The notes under the pieces are model-generated. The model was not told the DNA's origin. It saw only the letters and a program-made list of their open reading frames with translations, and did not search any database. 64,000 nt of DNA from NCBI GenBank assembly GCA_026770705.1, contig JANJGN010000009.1:116622001-116686000 (forward strand), in the 5' to 3' direction. How positions within the stretch are numbered: position 1 is the stretch's first letter; the number at the start of each line of letters is the position of its first letter. This stretch comes from Isurus oxyrinchus (taxonomy: Eukaryota). Below, one piece after another: positions 11,791 through 25,087 of the stretch. The translations under genes were made by a program, and so were the position numbers.

Positions 11791-12809
11791 AAAGTTTCAG
11801 AGCAATTCTGACATCCCACAATCAGACCTGCTATGTTTTTGTGTTCAGAGTGTATAATGCGTATGAGTTCCTGTGCTGATAGTGAAACGTTCCCTCCTGT
11901 GGCTCTCAGACAGTGTCTTTAACAGTTTCATTTTGCACTGTGCAGTTTCCATTGTACATGTTGCGTTGTTGATCAGTTAACTAATGTTTTGCTCAGATTG
12001 TGGAGTGTTTGAACTGGGATTTGGTCATTGCCTGAGAGAGGAAATCAGTTCCTTTCTTTAATCTCCCAAGAGAAGTTCTGAGATGCGTCCATCCTGATCT
12101 CAAAGATAATTGAATAAAACGCATCATTCAACATTGCATGGATTATATTTCCATGCTCTTTGCCAAGGGTGTAGGCAACAAATTTTTATAAAAATTGTAC
12201 AGTCATTTCAAATCTGACTGCCTCCCACTCTCTTGCTGCTCTAAATTTTCCTGTCATTTTCAATGAAATGATTCCGTTTGGAACACTACATTGTTTTGTT
12301 TGTTTACAATCTTTAATATTGGGGCATTTTTGATATTATTGTGCCCAGGGCATAACAGGTCACCTGTTCTAATCATTTGTTAGTCGTTGGAAAATAGGCG
12401 TATCAGTTGTAAATTTAACATGGAATGAAGATTATGCTATGAATTAACACAATTGTGCAGATTTACAAGGAACTTTACTTTATAGAATTTTTATTTCTTT
12501 TCTGTCCACTCCCATGGGGCGTAGGTTATAGTGGAATATGCTAAAGGAGGAAGTTTCTTTGTCATTTTTTAGTTTGTTTGTAAAAGTTAATCTATAGAAC
12601 AGACAAAATTAATTATAAGTACAACACAGAGGTATGTGGATATAAGGGACAATGTAAAATAATATAAAGAATAAAATTTCATGTCTTGAGTTACTTTGCC
12701 TCAGAGTCAATGGAGCTGGAAATAGAGTTGCTCTGCTAAAAAAAGAAAGAGGGCATATTATCCATATAGTTTACTCCAGAACACAGTCACATCACATACA
12801 AAGGTACAG

Positions 12810-13320
12810 GTATCTGAAGGGTATGTTCTCCAATAGGCAGGATGTGGCTAGTGGTGTCCCCGGGGGTTTAGTACTGGGGCCCCTGATTTTCACAGTATTT
12901 AAAATGACTTGGATGAAGAAAGAGAGATCCAATTTTGCTGCTGATGTAAGACTGGGTGGTACAATAAGCAATGTAGACAAGGGAAGAAAGTTGCAAAGGG
13001 GCATTGATAAAATTAGTGATAGGGCAAAACTTTAGCAGATGGAATTTGATGTGCAAAGGTATAAGTCCATTCACTTTGAACCCAAGATAGATTGATCAGA
13101 GCATTCTCAAGATGGTGAGAAGCTAGGAGCTGTGGAGGAACAGAGAGATTGGGGTCCATGTACAGGAATTGTTAAAAGCTACTGTGCAAGTACAAAAATA
13201 ATTTAAAAGGCTAATGGAATGTTGGCCTTCATCTCAAGAGGGGTGCAAGTTATGCTGCAGTTATATAAAACACTAGTAAGATCCCATTTAAAGTGCTCTG
13301 TTTAATTTTGGACATGCAGC
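12810..13320 (+). mobile_element. CR1 RT relic
   Basis: DVASGVPGGLVLGPLIF..NFAAD; downstream KKANGML..QLYKTLVR. Confidence 0.8.
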
Positions 13321-13329
13321 ATCAGGCCT

Positions 13330-13583
13330 TCCCCTAGATAACAACGGTGGCCGAATGAGTCCCTTAAGTGGGCATTAATTGCTCACTTAAGAGCCTCAAT
13401 TAGTGTCTGGGTAGCAAGGCTGTCCACAAGTCTTTCCACCCCGAACTTAATTGGGGGAGGCGGGAAGGCAACGATGTCCCCACCACCCCCCCACCTTCTG
13501 CCTGACTAAATGCCTTCTGTCTCTAAACCCCTTCCAATGGGTCAGGGGTGGGGGGGAGGTAGGGAAGCATTACATTCCACCCA
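13330..13583. mobile_element. Partial Harbinger-type MITE relic
   Basis: Internal palindrome CTTAAGTGGGCATTAATTGCTCACTTAAG and a terminus ATTCCACCC resembling the other MITE ends. Confidence 0.45.
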
Positions 13584-13769
13584 GGGTGTAGGAGGCCAGC
13601 CAGCCAGAAGTGCCTTATAATTGTCAAGTTTGGAGGTCACAAATGCGTAGATGAGAGTCTAATCAGCAGATGAGCTGAGGCTGGACAGTCTTGGATGATG
13701 TTATGTAGAGGGAATTAAGTGGTCTTAGTGCTGGTATTGATGTGTGGTTGGAAGCTCATCTTGGATTAA

Positions 13770-14440
13770 ACCTGGGCTAAAGGGGTTAAGTTATGAGGAC
13801 AGGTTGCATAGACAAGATGTGTATTTCCTTGAATAAAGGAGATTTAGGGGCTCTCCAATTGAGGTGTTATACCTAAGTCACTAAAAATAGCAACACAAGT
13901 TGGGGGCAAACAAAATCAGGGAGATAATGTTAAATGCATACGTAACATTAGTTAGACCACATGGAGTACTGTGTGTCATTCTGGCCTCTATACAAACAGG
14001 ATACTGGAGCACTGGAAAAGGTGCAGTAAAGTCATGCAAGAAAGCTACTAGTGTGAAGGGGATGCAGCTATCAGGAAGGGTGGAGCTGCCTGGGACTCCT
14101 CTGCCTGGAAGTAAAATGACTTGTGAGGATATCTGTTAGAGGTCATTAAAATTATGAAAGGATTCCAGAACAAGGGGAGCATAAATATAAACATCAGATA
14201 GTCACTAACTGATCAAATGAAGAATTTAGGAGGAATTTCTTTACAGAGTGATGAGAAGCTGGAACTATTAAAGCAGATACTACTGACGCATTTAAGGGGA
14301 GACTTAATACATATGTGAGGAAGCTGGGAATTGAAGGTTACCAGGACAGGTTGCAAAAAGGTAGACTAGAAGGATGCTTGTGTGGCATGTAAATACCGAC
14401 ATGGAGCAGCTGGGTCAATAGAATTGGTGCTGTGGATTTT
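13770..14440 (+). mobile_element. Old CR1 3' fragments
   Basis: GLSYEDRL-like, YVTLVRPH and TTTAGGAGGAATTTCTTTAC segments. Confidence 0.6.
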
Positions 14441-14494
14441 CAGTAAAAGCTTTAGCTTTATCCCCAGCTTATATTGCACAGTGGTTTCTGCGCA

Positions 14495-14985
14495 CACATT
14501 GTATCCTTCATTTGCTGGGATTTCTTCTGAATTCCTCATTGGATTTCTTGGTAACGACGCTTTTTTAATGGCCTCTAGTAATGCTCTTCCCCACAAGAGG
14601 AAACATTCTCTTTGCATCCACTCTATCAAAACCTTTCATCATTTTAAAGACCTCTGTCAAGTCACCACTTTTCAGAAAAAAAGAGACACAGCCTGTCAAT
14701 CCTCTCCTGATGTGTATACACACACATTGCTGGTATCATCCTTGTAAACCTTCTCTGCACCCCCTCCAGTGCCTCAATATCCTTTTTATAATATGATGAC
14801 CAGAACTACACTCTAAAGGTGGGATCTTCTGGTCCTGCCTGCTGGCAGGATTAAACGGTGCTGCCAAAGTCAATGGACATTTGGCTGGCTCGCAGCATTC
14901 ACCGTGGCGGGTCAAGGCCGGAAAATCCCAGCCTAAGTGTGATCTAACCAATGTTTGATACAGGTTTAGAATATCTTTCAATTCT
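14495..14985 (-). mobile_element. CR1 3' fragment interrupted by a small MITE
   Basis: LNLYQTLVRSHL... and GHHIIKRILRHWRGCR on the minus strand. Confidence 0.7.
14817..14933. mobile_element. 117-bp PIF/Harbinger MITE with TAA target duplication
   Basis: TAA at 14814-14816 and 14934-14936; imperfect TIRs GGTGGGATCTTCTGGTC versus reverse complement GGCTGGGATTTTCCGGCC; CR1 sequence is continuous across it. Confidence 0.75.
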
Positions 14986-15121
14986 ATAATGTTGTGTTCA
15001 ACATTATAATGGAGTCTGTCTGATTTCTGTCACTTTCTTTGAAATGGGAGAAGAATCCGTCAGATCTGTTGATGATCCACAGATGAGTCGCCAGCTGTGC
15101 TCACCATCTGGTGATCCTTTA

Positions 15122-15772
15122 GGACTGGATTTTGCCATCGGCAAGCAGGGGATGGGGCCCACTCGCCAACGACAAAATGACACAGGATGATGTCGGGGGG
15201 AACCCGTCCCATTTAAATATTCCGGAAGGCGGGGGCACAGCGTGATCAGCTGTCTGCCCGCTGACCTGTCAATGGCCAATTGAGGCCATTGACAGGATAG
15301 TTAAAACAGTTAAAGGCCCTGCCCGTCAACCTTAAGGTTGGCGGGCAGGCCAGGAGCCCCGGCGAGCTTCTGAAAAAACACGAAACCTCATCCACCAGTG
15401 GGATGAGGTTTCATGTACGGTTTAAAAAAGTTTATTAAAGTTTCAGTGAAACTTATTAACATTCCCATCTTGTGTGACATTGTCACATGAGGGGGACATG
15501 TTAAGAATTTTATTATTTTTCTATTTTTAAAGTTTATACAGTTGTCAGCAATCCCCCTGAGGCTAAGTGCTGCCTTTTGTGTGCGTGCGTGAAAGAGCAC
15601 ACTCTCGCATTTGGGGAACCCCTCCCTGCCCGCACAGGGAGTGCATAGCGCTTCCTGGCAGACATCATGCTGGGCAGACCTTAATTGGCCTGCCCACGTA
15701 AAATGGCAGTGGGGCCCGCTTCTCCGGTGGGGATTGGCTCCCTGCCCGCCCAACGGGCAGAAAATTCTGCCC
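15122..15772. mobile_element. Non-autonomous Harbinger-type element
   Basis: Ends GGACTGGATTTT / AAAATTCTGCCC; flanks TTA and TTT; GC-rich, with internal palindromes such as GAAACCTCATCC..GGATGAGGTTTC (15382-15412). Confidence 0.7.
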
Positions 15773-15959
15773 TTTTACTGTCCACTGTCAATGAGCAATC
15801 CTGCCCCTTACTGTCTCGGTTAAAGGAGACCGTTTCAGTAACCAAACAGGTCCAGGACCTCTGCTGTTTGTGAACGACTCAACGAAAAGATGATTATGAA
15901 GAAAAGATTTTAATTTCTGCAATATTTAGCGGACAGTTTTTTAACATAACTTGTACTTT

Positions 15960-16037
15960 AGTGCAGTGTATTTTGTTACTGACTAATAATCCAGAGGCCT
16001 AAGCTAGGAATTTGGAAGTTCAAATCCCACATGGCAA
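15960..16037 (+). mobile_element. HE1-like SINE head fragment
   Basis: GTTACTGACTAATAATCCAGAGGCC..GTTCAAATCCCACATGGCA, matching the head of the copy at 40990. Confidence 0.6.
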
Positions 16038-17385
16038 CAGGAGAAAGCCCAACATGTAGCACAACCCCATTAGGGCAGTAGATGACATGTCCAGCACTGA
16101 TGATAACGTCATCGACCAGAAACGTTAGCTCTGTCTCTCTGTCCACAGATGCTGCCTGACCTGCTAAGGATTTCCAGCTATTTCTATTTTCTTATTTCAG
16201 TTTACCAACCTCCTCAGTAGTTTGCTGTTGAATTGGCTCATTTTACATTGGAATTCCCCAGGGTGGCAGGGGATATAATAATAATCTTGCAGTCGGAAAT
16301 ATGGCCTCATTATTGACAGAACAAAAGAATCTTGGTTGGCACATTTCCAGCTTTTGCACATATATTTTGAGGACAATATTGCACCAGGTGTGTGAACTTG
16401 AAAAATTAACTCCCAAGCTTCTCTATAAAAAAGGAATAAAGCTCCCTTTGAATTTCCTCCCTTCTAAATGTTTTGGCCATTCTCATACACAAGATCAAAT
16501 CTGTGCAAACATTATACAGGGTGTTTGAAACCCAGTGCAAGAGATAATGGGGGCCTCTGAGGATGTGCAGGTGCCTTCCTATATAACATGCAGCATTGTG
16601 TACCCAGTGCACTCCCTCTTTAATTGTTTACCAAGCTTTTATGCAGAGATTAAAAACAGAATCAGGTCATTGCCAGGGTTTATTACCTATTTAGAGTGCA
16701 GTAATGCCTTTACATTTTGATAAAGGTGCTGTTTGTAAGACAGATCAGAGTTCAGGGTTTTTCAATTGTACAGGCCAGAAGCTCCTAGCTTCCCTTGGTC
16801 TGTGCCAAATTACCTGGCCTACAGTTGGCCCTTTCCACTGATTCTGGTGGTGAAATATCTGTGTATGTGTAAACACATTGGATAAGGATAGGATTTGGCT
16901 TGGTGGTGATACATTCCACAGTTGATTAGCTACTAACATTCACCATCAAAGCTCACACAAGAAGAATTGCCAGTTAGTTAGGTATGGTACCAAAGCACAC
17001 TAAAGGAATGGTACCTCAGCAAGGCTTTTGTCTACCACCCTTTAATTGGGAAGCATCTCCTGGTAGGCAGGATCTCTGCTTGGTATGGAGAGGTCTCAGC
17101 GATTCTGGCCGCAATTCATTATTGTATTGAAAGGGTGTGACCCTGCCTCTCCGAGGAGTTCCAGTGGAAAGTGGGGCGAATCAACAGCAAAATACTGAGG
17201 AGGTTGGAAAACTGAAATCAGAAAACAGAAAATGCTGGAAATCCTCTGCAGGTCAGGCAGCGTCTGTGGAGAAAGAAACAGAGCCAATGTTTCAGGTCAA
17301 TGACCTTGCCATCAGTGCTGGACAAGTCATCTTCTGTCCTAACAGGTTCAGCCAATGGGGCTGTTCTACATATTGGGATTTCTCT
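16038..17385. repeat. Long imperfect inverted repeat (arms ~16038-16308 and ~17092-17385), each arm containing a Penelope pLTR fragment
   Basis: The arms align as reverse complements both within and beyond the pLTR part, e.g. GAGAAAGCCCAACATGTAGCACAACCCCAT versus GAGAAATCCCAATATGTAGAACAGCCCCAT. Confidence 0.8.
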
Positions 17386-17505
17386 CTTCACCTGGATAGG
17401 CTGGATTTAGCAATTTAAAACCAGTGTTATTCCTGTTCTGATACAGGTTTGAAGGTTGGCTAGGTTTTTATAATTGTTAAAATGTGACAGTGAAAGAATA
17501 TTCCT

Positions 17506-18226
17506 GGCCAGAATTTTAAGTTGATCGGGCAGGCGTGTGCCCAACCTGAATGCACGTGAAATTGTGCAAAATGACAGCGGGCCTGCATCGCAACCTCATC
17601 ATGCAAGCAAGCAATATTGAGGTCGGTGGGCGTGTGTAGGAATTGGAGCCACGTCTGTCGAGGTTTAAAGGGCTGATTAGGTCCATTATAAACTCTATTG
17701 TTCAAGATGTTACATTGCCCGTGTGATTTTGCACTCTTTGCACAGGCAAAACAGGCAGGCGGACAGCCCATTTTTAACAAAACCTCACCCAAGGGCGGGA
17801 AGAAATGTCCTGGGTGAAATATAATGAAAAAAAGATATCTGGGAACTGATGTTTTTTGAGTTCTGCTGTCAGGTGCTTGGATGTGTTGCACATCCACAGT
17901 TTGGTACATATTTTTCTTGACATTTAATCCGTCCAGGGCAGCAGCTCCCTGAGGCAGCTCCGCGGCAGCTGTCTGCCTTCAGGGAGCTCGCTAGAGGCAC
18001 CAACCTGCACCCTCATTTATGCTGGCGCCCACTCTTTTCCCGCCACCCCTCCCCCCCCACCCCCAGCAGTGCTGAGGCTTTCTCAGTGCACGTTTCACAT
18101 TGGCTAGACATTAATTTGCCAGTTAGCATGAAATTGTGTTCAGGGGCTGATTCCGGCGGAAGCACATTTCATGTCTGCTTCTGGTCCCGTCGACTTGGCG
18201 CACACGCCAAGGGTGAATTCAGGCCC
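17506..18226. mobile_element. Non-autonomous Harbinger-type element
   Basis: Ends GGCCAGAATTTT / GAATTCAGGCCC; GC-rich body similar in style to 15122-15772; TSD not preserved. Confidence 0.6.
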
Positions 18227-18609
18227 TTGTTTCTCTCAGTTGATGTGCGCAGGAACATTATGGAAAATGAGTCAGTCCATGATATATATTCAGAGGGTGG
18301 ATCATGCAAAAATTCTTTTGTTGTTGGCCCACTCCCAACAACCAATGGACACATTGAAAATGTTATCCAGATAGAACATACCTATGGGAGAAGCCTCATC
18401 AAATTGCCCAATGCAACACAGCCGTCAGATAAACACAAGCAATAGCACTGAGACAAATGGGTCAAGTGGATTTACTGCAGCCAGCTCTCCAAATCCTCCA
18501 GCAGCCAATCAAAAGCACCCAAATGAGTCATTGTCAAACAATTTGAGATTTACACTGCCTGTCATTCTACATAAATTACAGGATGTTCTACTCAGCCAGA
18601 ACATGCTCC

Positions 18610-19110
18610 ATATAAGCAGTTGTCCTAATCCCATGTGCCTGCATTATTTCCATATCTCAGTTTATTCCTTTTCCTTGAGTAACCTATCTAATCTATTCTT
18701 AAATGCTGACATAGCCTCTGTTTCCATCACTAGCTCCTTAGTGAATTTCACATTCTCACAACACTCTGTATAAATAATTTCTACTGTTCTCAATCCTATC
18801 TCTCTGACCTCAATCTTGTATTCAGGTCCCCTTCTTCTGGACCTCAAATTCCCTAGAGACAGGCTATCTGCTCTGTCCTATCCAGCTGCAATTGCCCCTT
18901 CTGTCCTAACAGAATTGGAAAACAATTTTTCAAGGGCTACTTTGTATCTGTATTTCTTCATACCAGGCAGCATCCTGGTGAATCTGTAGTGTGTCCTCTC
19001 TGTTGCCTCAACATCTTCCTGTAGTGTGAAACCCTAAATGGCATACACTACTCCAGCTGTGGTTTGGAATAGGTTCAAGATTACTCTTGGGTTCTATAAT
19101 CCCTTGCCAT
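18610..19110 (-). mobile_element. Old CR1 3' relic
   Basis: ETEAMSAFKNRLDRLLKEKE (ORF 18662-18847) and a TACTCCAGCTGTGG segment. Confidence 0.6.
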
Positions 19111-19632
19111 CAAACCCATCATATATTTCAAGTTGGGTCAACAGGAATGCTCCTATTATATCTTACAGCAGTGTGCTAGTTGAATATTGTTCTGTGTGGT
19201 TAATCTGTACAGTGTAGATACCATGATACTTAACCACAAGCAGCTACAATGGTTAGGAGTTGGACCATTATCTTATCTCTGAGTATGGTGGAACCCCAAC
19301 TTACCTTGTATGAAGAGGAAGTCTGCCCCTCTCAAGATATCCTTCCCTTGACCTGAGCTGACTTTCTAAGAAATAGAACGATGTCAGGTCATTGGAATTT
19401 ATTCTGCATCACTGCCAGGTCATTGCAGGAATACTCGTGGCATTGACCTGCTCTGCTATCTCTGCCCACTGTTGCTACAAAGCAAGGGATACTTTTTTTC
19501 CACTGGGTGGATCAGGATCAATTCAATTTTTTAGACAGTCTTCTGCCAGGGATCCTGTCTCCATCAGGAAGCCTACTTTGTAGGGTGGGCTAGTGGGGGT
19601 GTGTGGGGGCTATTGGGAAATGGCTGTGGAAA

Positions 19633-20023
19633 TAGGGTTGCCATATTCCTGGAGGTCCCATCCTTCCACTTCTAGCAGCCCCCAACACCACCATCCAGCC
19701 CAATCATCCTACTCCATCTGCATTTGTTATTGGTTCCCCAATGTGTCCATTGCAGGACACGACCTTCCTGTGGCCAATTGAAAAGTGAATAGACTCTTTG
19801 TTAGTTGCTTGGAATAGTTGACTGTCAGTCAAAGTCTTTTTTGTCACAATTCCGATATATTTTATAACTAATAGATGAAAATGTTCCTAGAAAATGATTC
19901 TAAAAGCACAATTTTTTTATTGCCCATGTGATTTTCTTTCCTGTGTTGCTCATAGCATTGTCCTGGAAATAAGTCTTTAATTCCTGGAGATTTCAAGGCT
20001 ATCGGGGAGAATTGATAACCCTT
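19633..20023. mobile_element. hAT-like MITE (TAGGGTTGCCA-type termini)
   Basis: Starts TAGGGTTGCCA and ends TGATAACCCT; no clean 8-bp TSD. Confidence 0.55.
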
Positions 20024-20211
20024 TGTGAGTGGGCTTGGAATTCAGAGTTCTCTGCCTCCAAGCAGCTCAAGAGGTGGCTTCAGGCTATTTGTTTGTTGGA
20101 AAATTTAAAACTTTGCAAGATGTGGTAGTCAAAGTGATCACCTGCTAGAAAGATAGCAGGAAATCCTATACAAATGCCTGGCACCCCTGCAGCCATCAGA
20201 CCTACGCCTGG

Positions 20212-23130
20212 GAACAGAAGAGCATAAGAAAAAGGAGCAGGAGAAGGTTATACAGCCCATCAAGCCTGCTCCACCATTCAATATGACCATGATTGATCTT
20301 CGGCTTTAACTGCCTTTTCCTTCCCACTCTCCATTTTCCCCCATTCTCTGAGAGACCAAAAGATCTGTCTATCTCAGCCTTAAATATATTAAACGATGTA
20401 GTATCCACAACCCGCTGGGATAAAGAATTCCAAAGATTCACAACCCTTTGAGTGATGTAATTTGTCCTCATCTCATCCTAAATGATCAACCCCAGCTGGG
20501 TGAAACAACCTTTTTGTGTTTAACCTGCCAAGACCCTTTATAATCTTGTATGTTTCAATGAGATCATTTCTCATTCTTCTGAACTCCAGAGAATATAAAC
20601 CAAATTTACTCAGCCTCTCATCATAGGACAACCCTTTATCTCAGGGACCAATCTAGTGAACCTTCGCTGTACCACCTCCAATGCAAGTATATCCTTTCTT
20701 AAATATGGTGACCAAAATTGCACACAGTATTCAAGGTGTGGTCTCACCAAAGCCCTGAATAATTGTAAAATGACTTATTTATTCCTGTACCTCTTTGCAA
20801 TAAAGGCCAATGTGCCATTTGCTTTCTTAATTGCTTGCTGTTCCTGCATGCTTTTTGTGTTCCTTGTACAAGCACATCCAAGTCTCTCTGAACATCGATA
20901 TGTATAAGTTTAATGTGTTTTAAAACAATTCTGCTTTTCTATTCTTATGATCAAAGTGAATAAGCTTACATTTACCTATGTTATACTCCATCTGCTCATC
21001 TTGTTGTCCACTCAATTAACCTGTCTGCAGCTTCTTTGTGTCTTCCTCACAGCTTGCATTCACACCTGGCTTTGAATCATCAGCAAACTTAGATACATTA
21101 GTCTCTTTCTCTTCATCTAAGTCATTAATATAGATTGTAAATAGTTGAAGTACCAGCACTAATCCTTGTGGCACTCCACTAGTCACAGCCGGCCAACTTG
21201 AAAAAGCCCTGTTTATCCCTACTCTTTGCTTCCAGTCCATTAACTAATTCTCTATTCATGCTAATATATCACTTCCAACTCCACGAGCCTTTCTCTCACC
21301 CATTAACCTTTGTGTGGCACCTTATCAAATGCCTTTTGGAAATCCAAGTGTACCACATCTCCTGGTTCCCTTTTATCTACCCTACTAGTTTTACCCTCAA
21401 AAAATGCCGACAAATTTTGCAAACAGGATTTCCCTTTAGTAAAACCATGTTGATTTGTTCTAATTATACTATGCTTTTCTAAGTGCACTGTTAATAATAG
21501 ATTTCAGCTCTTTTCCAATAATTGATGACAGGCTAATTGGCTTGTTGTTCCCTGTTTTCACTCTCCCTCCTGTCTTGAATAGCAGTGTTATATTTGTTAA
21601 CTTCCAATCTGTTGAGACCATTCCAATTTCTAGGGAATTTTGGAAAATCATAGTCAGTGCATCCACCATCTGTGCAGCTATCTCTTTTAGAACCCCAGGG
21701 TGTAGGCAATCAGGTCCTGGGGATTTGTCAGATTTTGGTCCCTTAAGTTTCTCCTGTACTTTTTACTCTGGTGATATTAATTACCTTAATTTCCACACTT
21801 TTATTAATCCCTTGGTTACCTGTATTTCTGGTATGTAATTTGTGTCTTCTTCTGCGAAGACAGTCACAAAATAGTCAATTTCTCTGCCATTTCCTCATTC
21901 GCCATAATAATTTCTTTTGTCTCTGCTCATAAGGGACCACTGTTTACCTTAGTTACTCTCTTCCTTTTCATATGCCTGTAAAAGCTCTTGTAATTTGTTT
22001 TAATATTCCTGGCTAGTTTACTCTCATATTCTACTTTTTCCTTTTTTATCAAGTTTTTGATGGCTCTTTGCTGATTTCTAAAACACTCACAATCCGCGGA
22101 CTTACTTCAATTCTTTGCAATATTATAAACTTCTTTTAATCTAATATTATCCTTAACATCCTTAGTAAGCCATGGGTAGAACTTTCTTGCCGAGTTTTAT
22201 TTCAATGGAGTGTATTTTTGTTGAACATTTTGAGTTGTTTCTATAAATGTTTCCCACTGTTTATTTACCACTATACCTCTTAGTCTTTTTGTCCAATCAA
22301 TTGGCTTTGTTTAAGTTTAAGATTCTTGTTTGTGACTGGAGTGACATTTAAAAACATAATGTGGAATTTGATTGTATTATGATCACTATTTCCCAGTGGA
22401 TCTTTTACAATGACATTACAAATTAATTGCGCCTCATTTCAAGATACTAGATTTCAGGAAACTGTCATGAAAGCATTCTACAAACTCATCTTTGCCAATT
22501 TCATTGTCCAGTCTTCATGAAGATTATTGTCCCCCACAATTATTACATTACCTTTATTACAAGTTCCAATAATTTCTTATTTAATACTATATCCAGTGAT
22601 ATGACTACTTTTAAGGGGCCTATAAATACTTCCACCATCATTCTCTGAGCCTTACTATTCTCAATTTCCAGTATAAAAATTCTACTTCCTGATTTTCTGA
22701 TCCTTTCTCACTAATGTCCTAGTGTCATCCTTTACTATCAGGGCCACCCTTCCTCCTTTTCCACTCTGTCTGTCCTTTCAAAATGTTATGTGCTCTGGAA
22801 TATTTATTTCCCAACCTTGGTCATCTTGTAACCATGTCCCTGTAATGATGATTAGATCTAAACAATTTATCTCTATTTGTGCCATTAGTTCATCTACCTT
22901 ATTGCAGATGTTCCATGCATTCAGATGTAGTGACTTCAATTTTATATTTTTGCTACTATTCCCTGCATGGATCTCACTCTCTGATGCACTACTAATGTTA
23001 GACATTCTGTCTCTTCCTGTCCCACTTAGCTTGTCTTTACCTACATTGATATACTTTTCTATTACCTCAACTTTTATTTTTGGATTTCTAAATCTCCCTT
23101 CACCTGAACCCTCTTCCCCTCTATATAATT
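20212..23130 (-). mobile_element. CR1 LINE ORF2 relic (APE + RT + 3' tail)
   Basis: APE start LNAWNICNKVDEL..ITGTWL (22778-23005), QHGFTKGKSCL..LDFQKAFDKVPH, SGVPQG..YINDLD..KFADD, QRVVNLWNSL. Confidence 0.92.
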
Positions 23131-23139
23131 AAAGCCATT

Positions 23140-23755
23140 TTTCCCCATTCTGACCATATTTGTTAATGTACTCTGTATGCTCCATTTCTTCCTGTCACAC
23201 TCATTATCTGCATTGTTACCCAGCACTATTACCTGTTCTTTCTCTTTTATTTTCCAAATCTTCTCTCATGTGAACTCTCCGCCCCACCATTTAGCTTAGA
23301 TCCCTCTCTATAGACATAGTTATATGATTCAGCAGTATACTGGTCCCAGTGTGGTTCAGATGTGGACTGTCCCAATGGTACAGCTTCCTCTTTCCCCAGT
23401 ACTGATGCCAGTATCCCATCGAAACCCATTTGTCCTACACCAATCTTTGAGTTACGCATTCAACTCTCTGATCTTATTTACCCTATGTCAATTTGCTCCC
23501 TAACTCAGGTAATAATCCAGAGATTATTTCCTTTTGAGGTTCTGCTCTTTAATTTAGCCCCAGCTGCTCATACTCTCTAGCCGAACCTCTTTTTTAATCC
23601 TACCTATGTCATTGGTAAAGTGGACCATGACAACTGGATCCTTCTCCTCCCACTCCAAGCTTCTCTCCAGCCCAGAAGAGACGTCTTTAACCCTCGCACC
23701 GGGCAGGCAAAGCAACCTTTGTGACTTGGGCTCTCTCCCTAAAGGCCCAAACATT
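23140..23755 (-). mobile_element. CR1 ORF1 (SGNH esterase-like) fragment
   Basis: LCLPGARVKDVSSGLERSLEWEEKDPVVMVH (ORF 23554-23754). Confidence 0.75.
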
Positions 23756-24464
23756 AACTACTGGCTGCAAACCATTTTGAACCACTTGCAAGCAGCCCTG
23801 CAGTCCTCTGCTTCTTAATCTATATTTTAAAATTCCAAATGTTGGTGATTTTTGAGGAAAAAAGATTTTTTTGTTAAGACCCAAAGGCAAACTGGGACTG
23901 AACTCCCAGTGCTCCCAGAAATGAAACCTCTAACCATGTGCTTATGTAAATGCTGATTCCTTATTTCAATAAACGAGGAAGATTTCATAATATTTACCTC
24001 TAAGTGTTGAATTGTTAAAACATTTTCAATACAAGAATTTCAAATACTTGAGAGATTTTACACTGTTTGCATGCAATCTAATTGCAGACTTTGAATCACT
24101 ATCCTGTTTACTCTTGGATTTGTGCTGTTGCATGCAGAAAGCTCCAATCTGTTTACTTCCAAGTGATGACTAAATTTTCAGTGTGTTCACTGTAAAATGA
24201 CTGACTTGTGAATCATTGAAGAGTGTTGTGTCCGTCTAGCCATTGGTTGACTCCATATTTTCAGGACCAGTCCCCCACTTGTGGCTAAGGCCTGCACTTC
24301 TCCAATGAGATTTTTCTTTGATAATTGTGAAGAGAATAGATCATTTGGCAGTGACCTTCAACTTAGTTATTTGGCAAAGTGCCATAATTGAGATTTCCTG
24401 GAAATTTAAAGTATTTTTTCCCAGATGTGAGAGGGTAGTGGGATTATGATTCCCAAAATTCTTT

Positions 24465-24568
24465 ACATCACAACAGTGACAACACTTCAAAAGCACTTCA
24501 TGGCTGTAAAGTGCTTTGAGACATCCTGAGGTTGTGAAAGGTGCTATATAAATGCAAGTCTTTCTTTT
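24465..24568 (+). mobile_element. SINE 3' tail fragment
   Basis: GTGAAAGGTGCTATATAAATGCAAGTCTTTC. Confidence 0.75.
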
Positions 24569-24869
24569 GACTTTTCTGACTGAAGAATGGTCGGATGATA
24601 GGCCAGTGCTCTACACTCATTTTTTTTAAGACTCTGATTGGTTAGCAAAAAATTGAAAGGCACCTGAATACTATTTAAGGGTGATAATAGGGGGATGGGT
24701 GATACTTAATAACTGAGATAGGGCAGATACGGGGGAAATAGTCATTAACTGAGAAAAGGCAGACATATGGAGGTACTTACTAACAGAGATGGTCATTCAC
24801 TTAAGTAAATAAACCCATTTCAGACAGTGCAAGCATTAGCAGGAAATTCAGATTTGAATGCACTGCTGA

Positions 24870-24960
24870 AATAGGAACATAGGAAATAGGAGCAGGAGTA
24901 GGCTATTCGGACCCTTGAACCTGCTCCGCCATTTAGCTGGATCATGGCTGATCTTCTACA
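24870..24960 (-). mobile_element. CR1 3' tail fragment
   Basis: ATAGGAACATAGGAAATAGGAGCAGGAGTAGGC..ATCATGGCTGATC. Confidence 0.75.
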
Positions 24961-25087
24961 CATGGGAGAAATGGAAGATACTGTTAACTAGAAATTATTG
25001 CTATTAACTTAGGTGATCTACCTCACTAATTGAGGTAGCAATATGTTTAGAGTACTCAGAAACAAGACCTTGAACAATCTTGTTATT

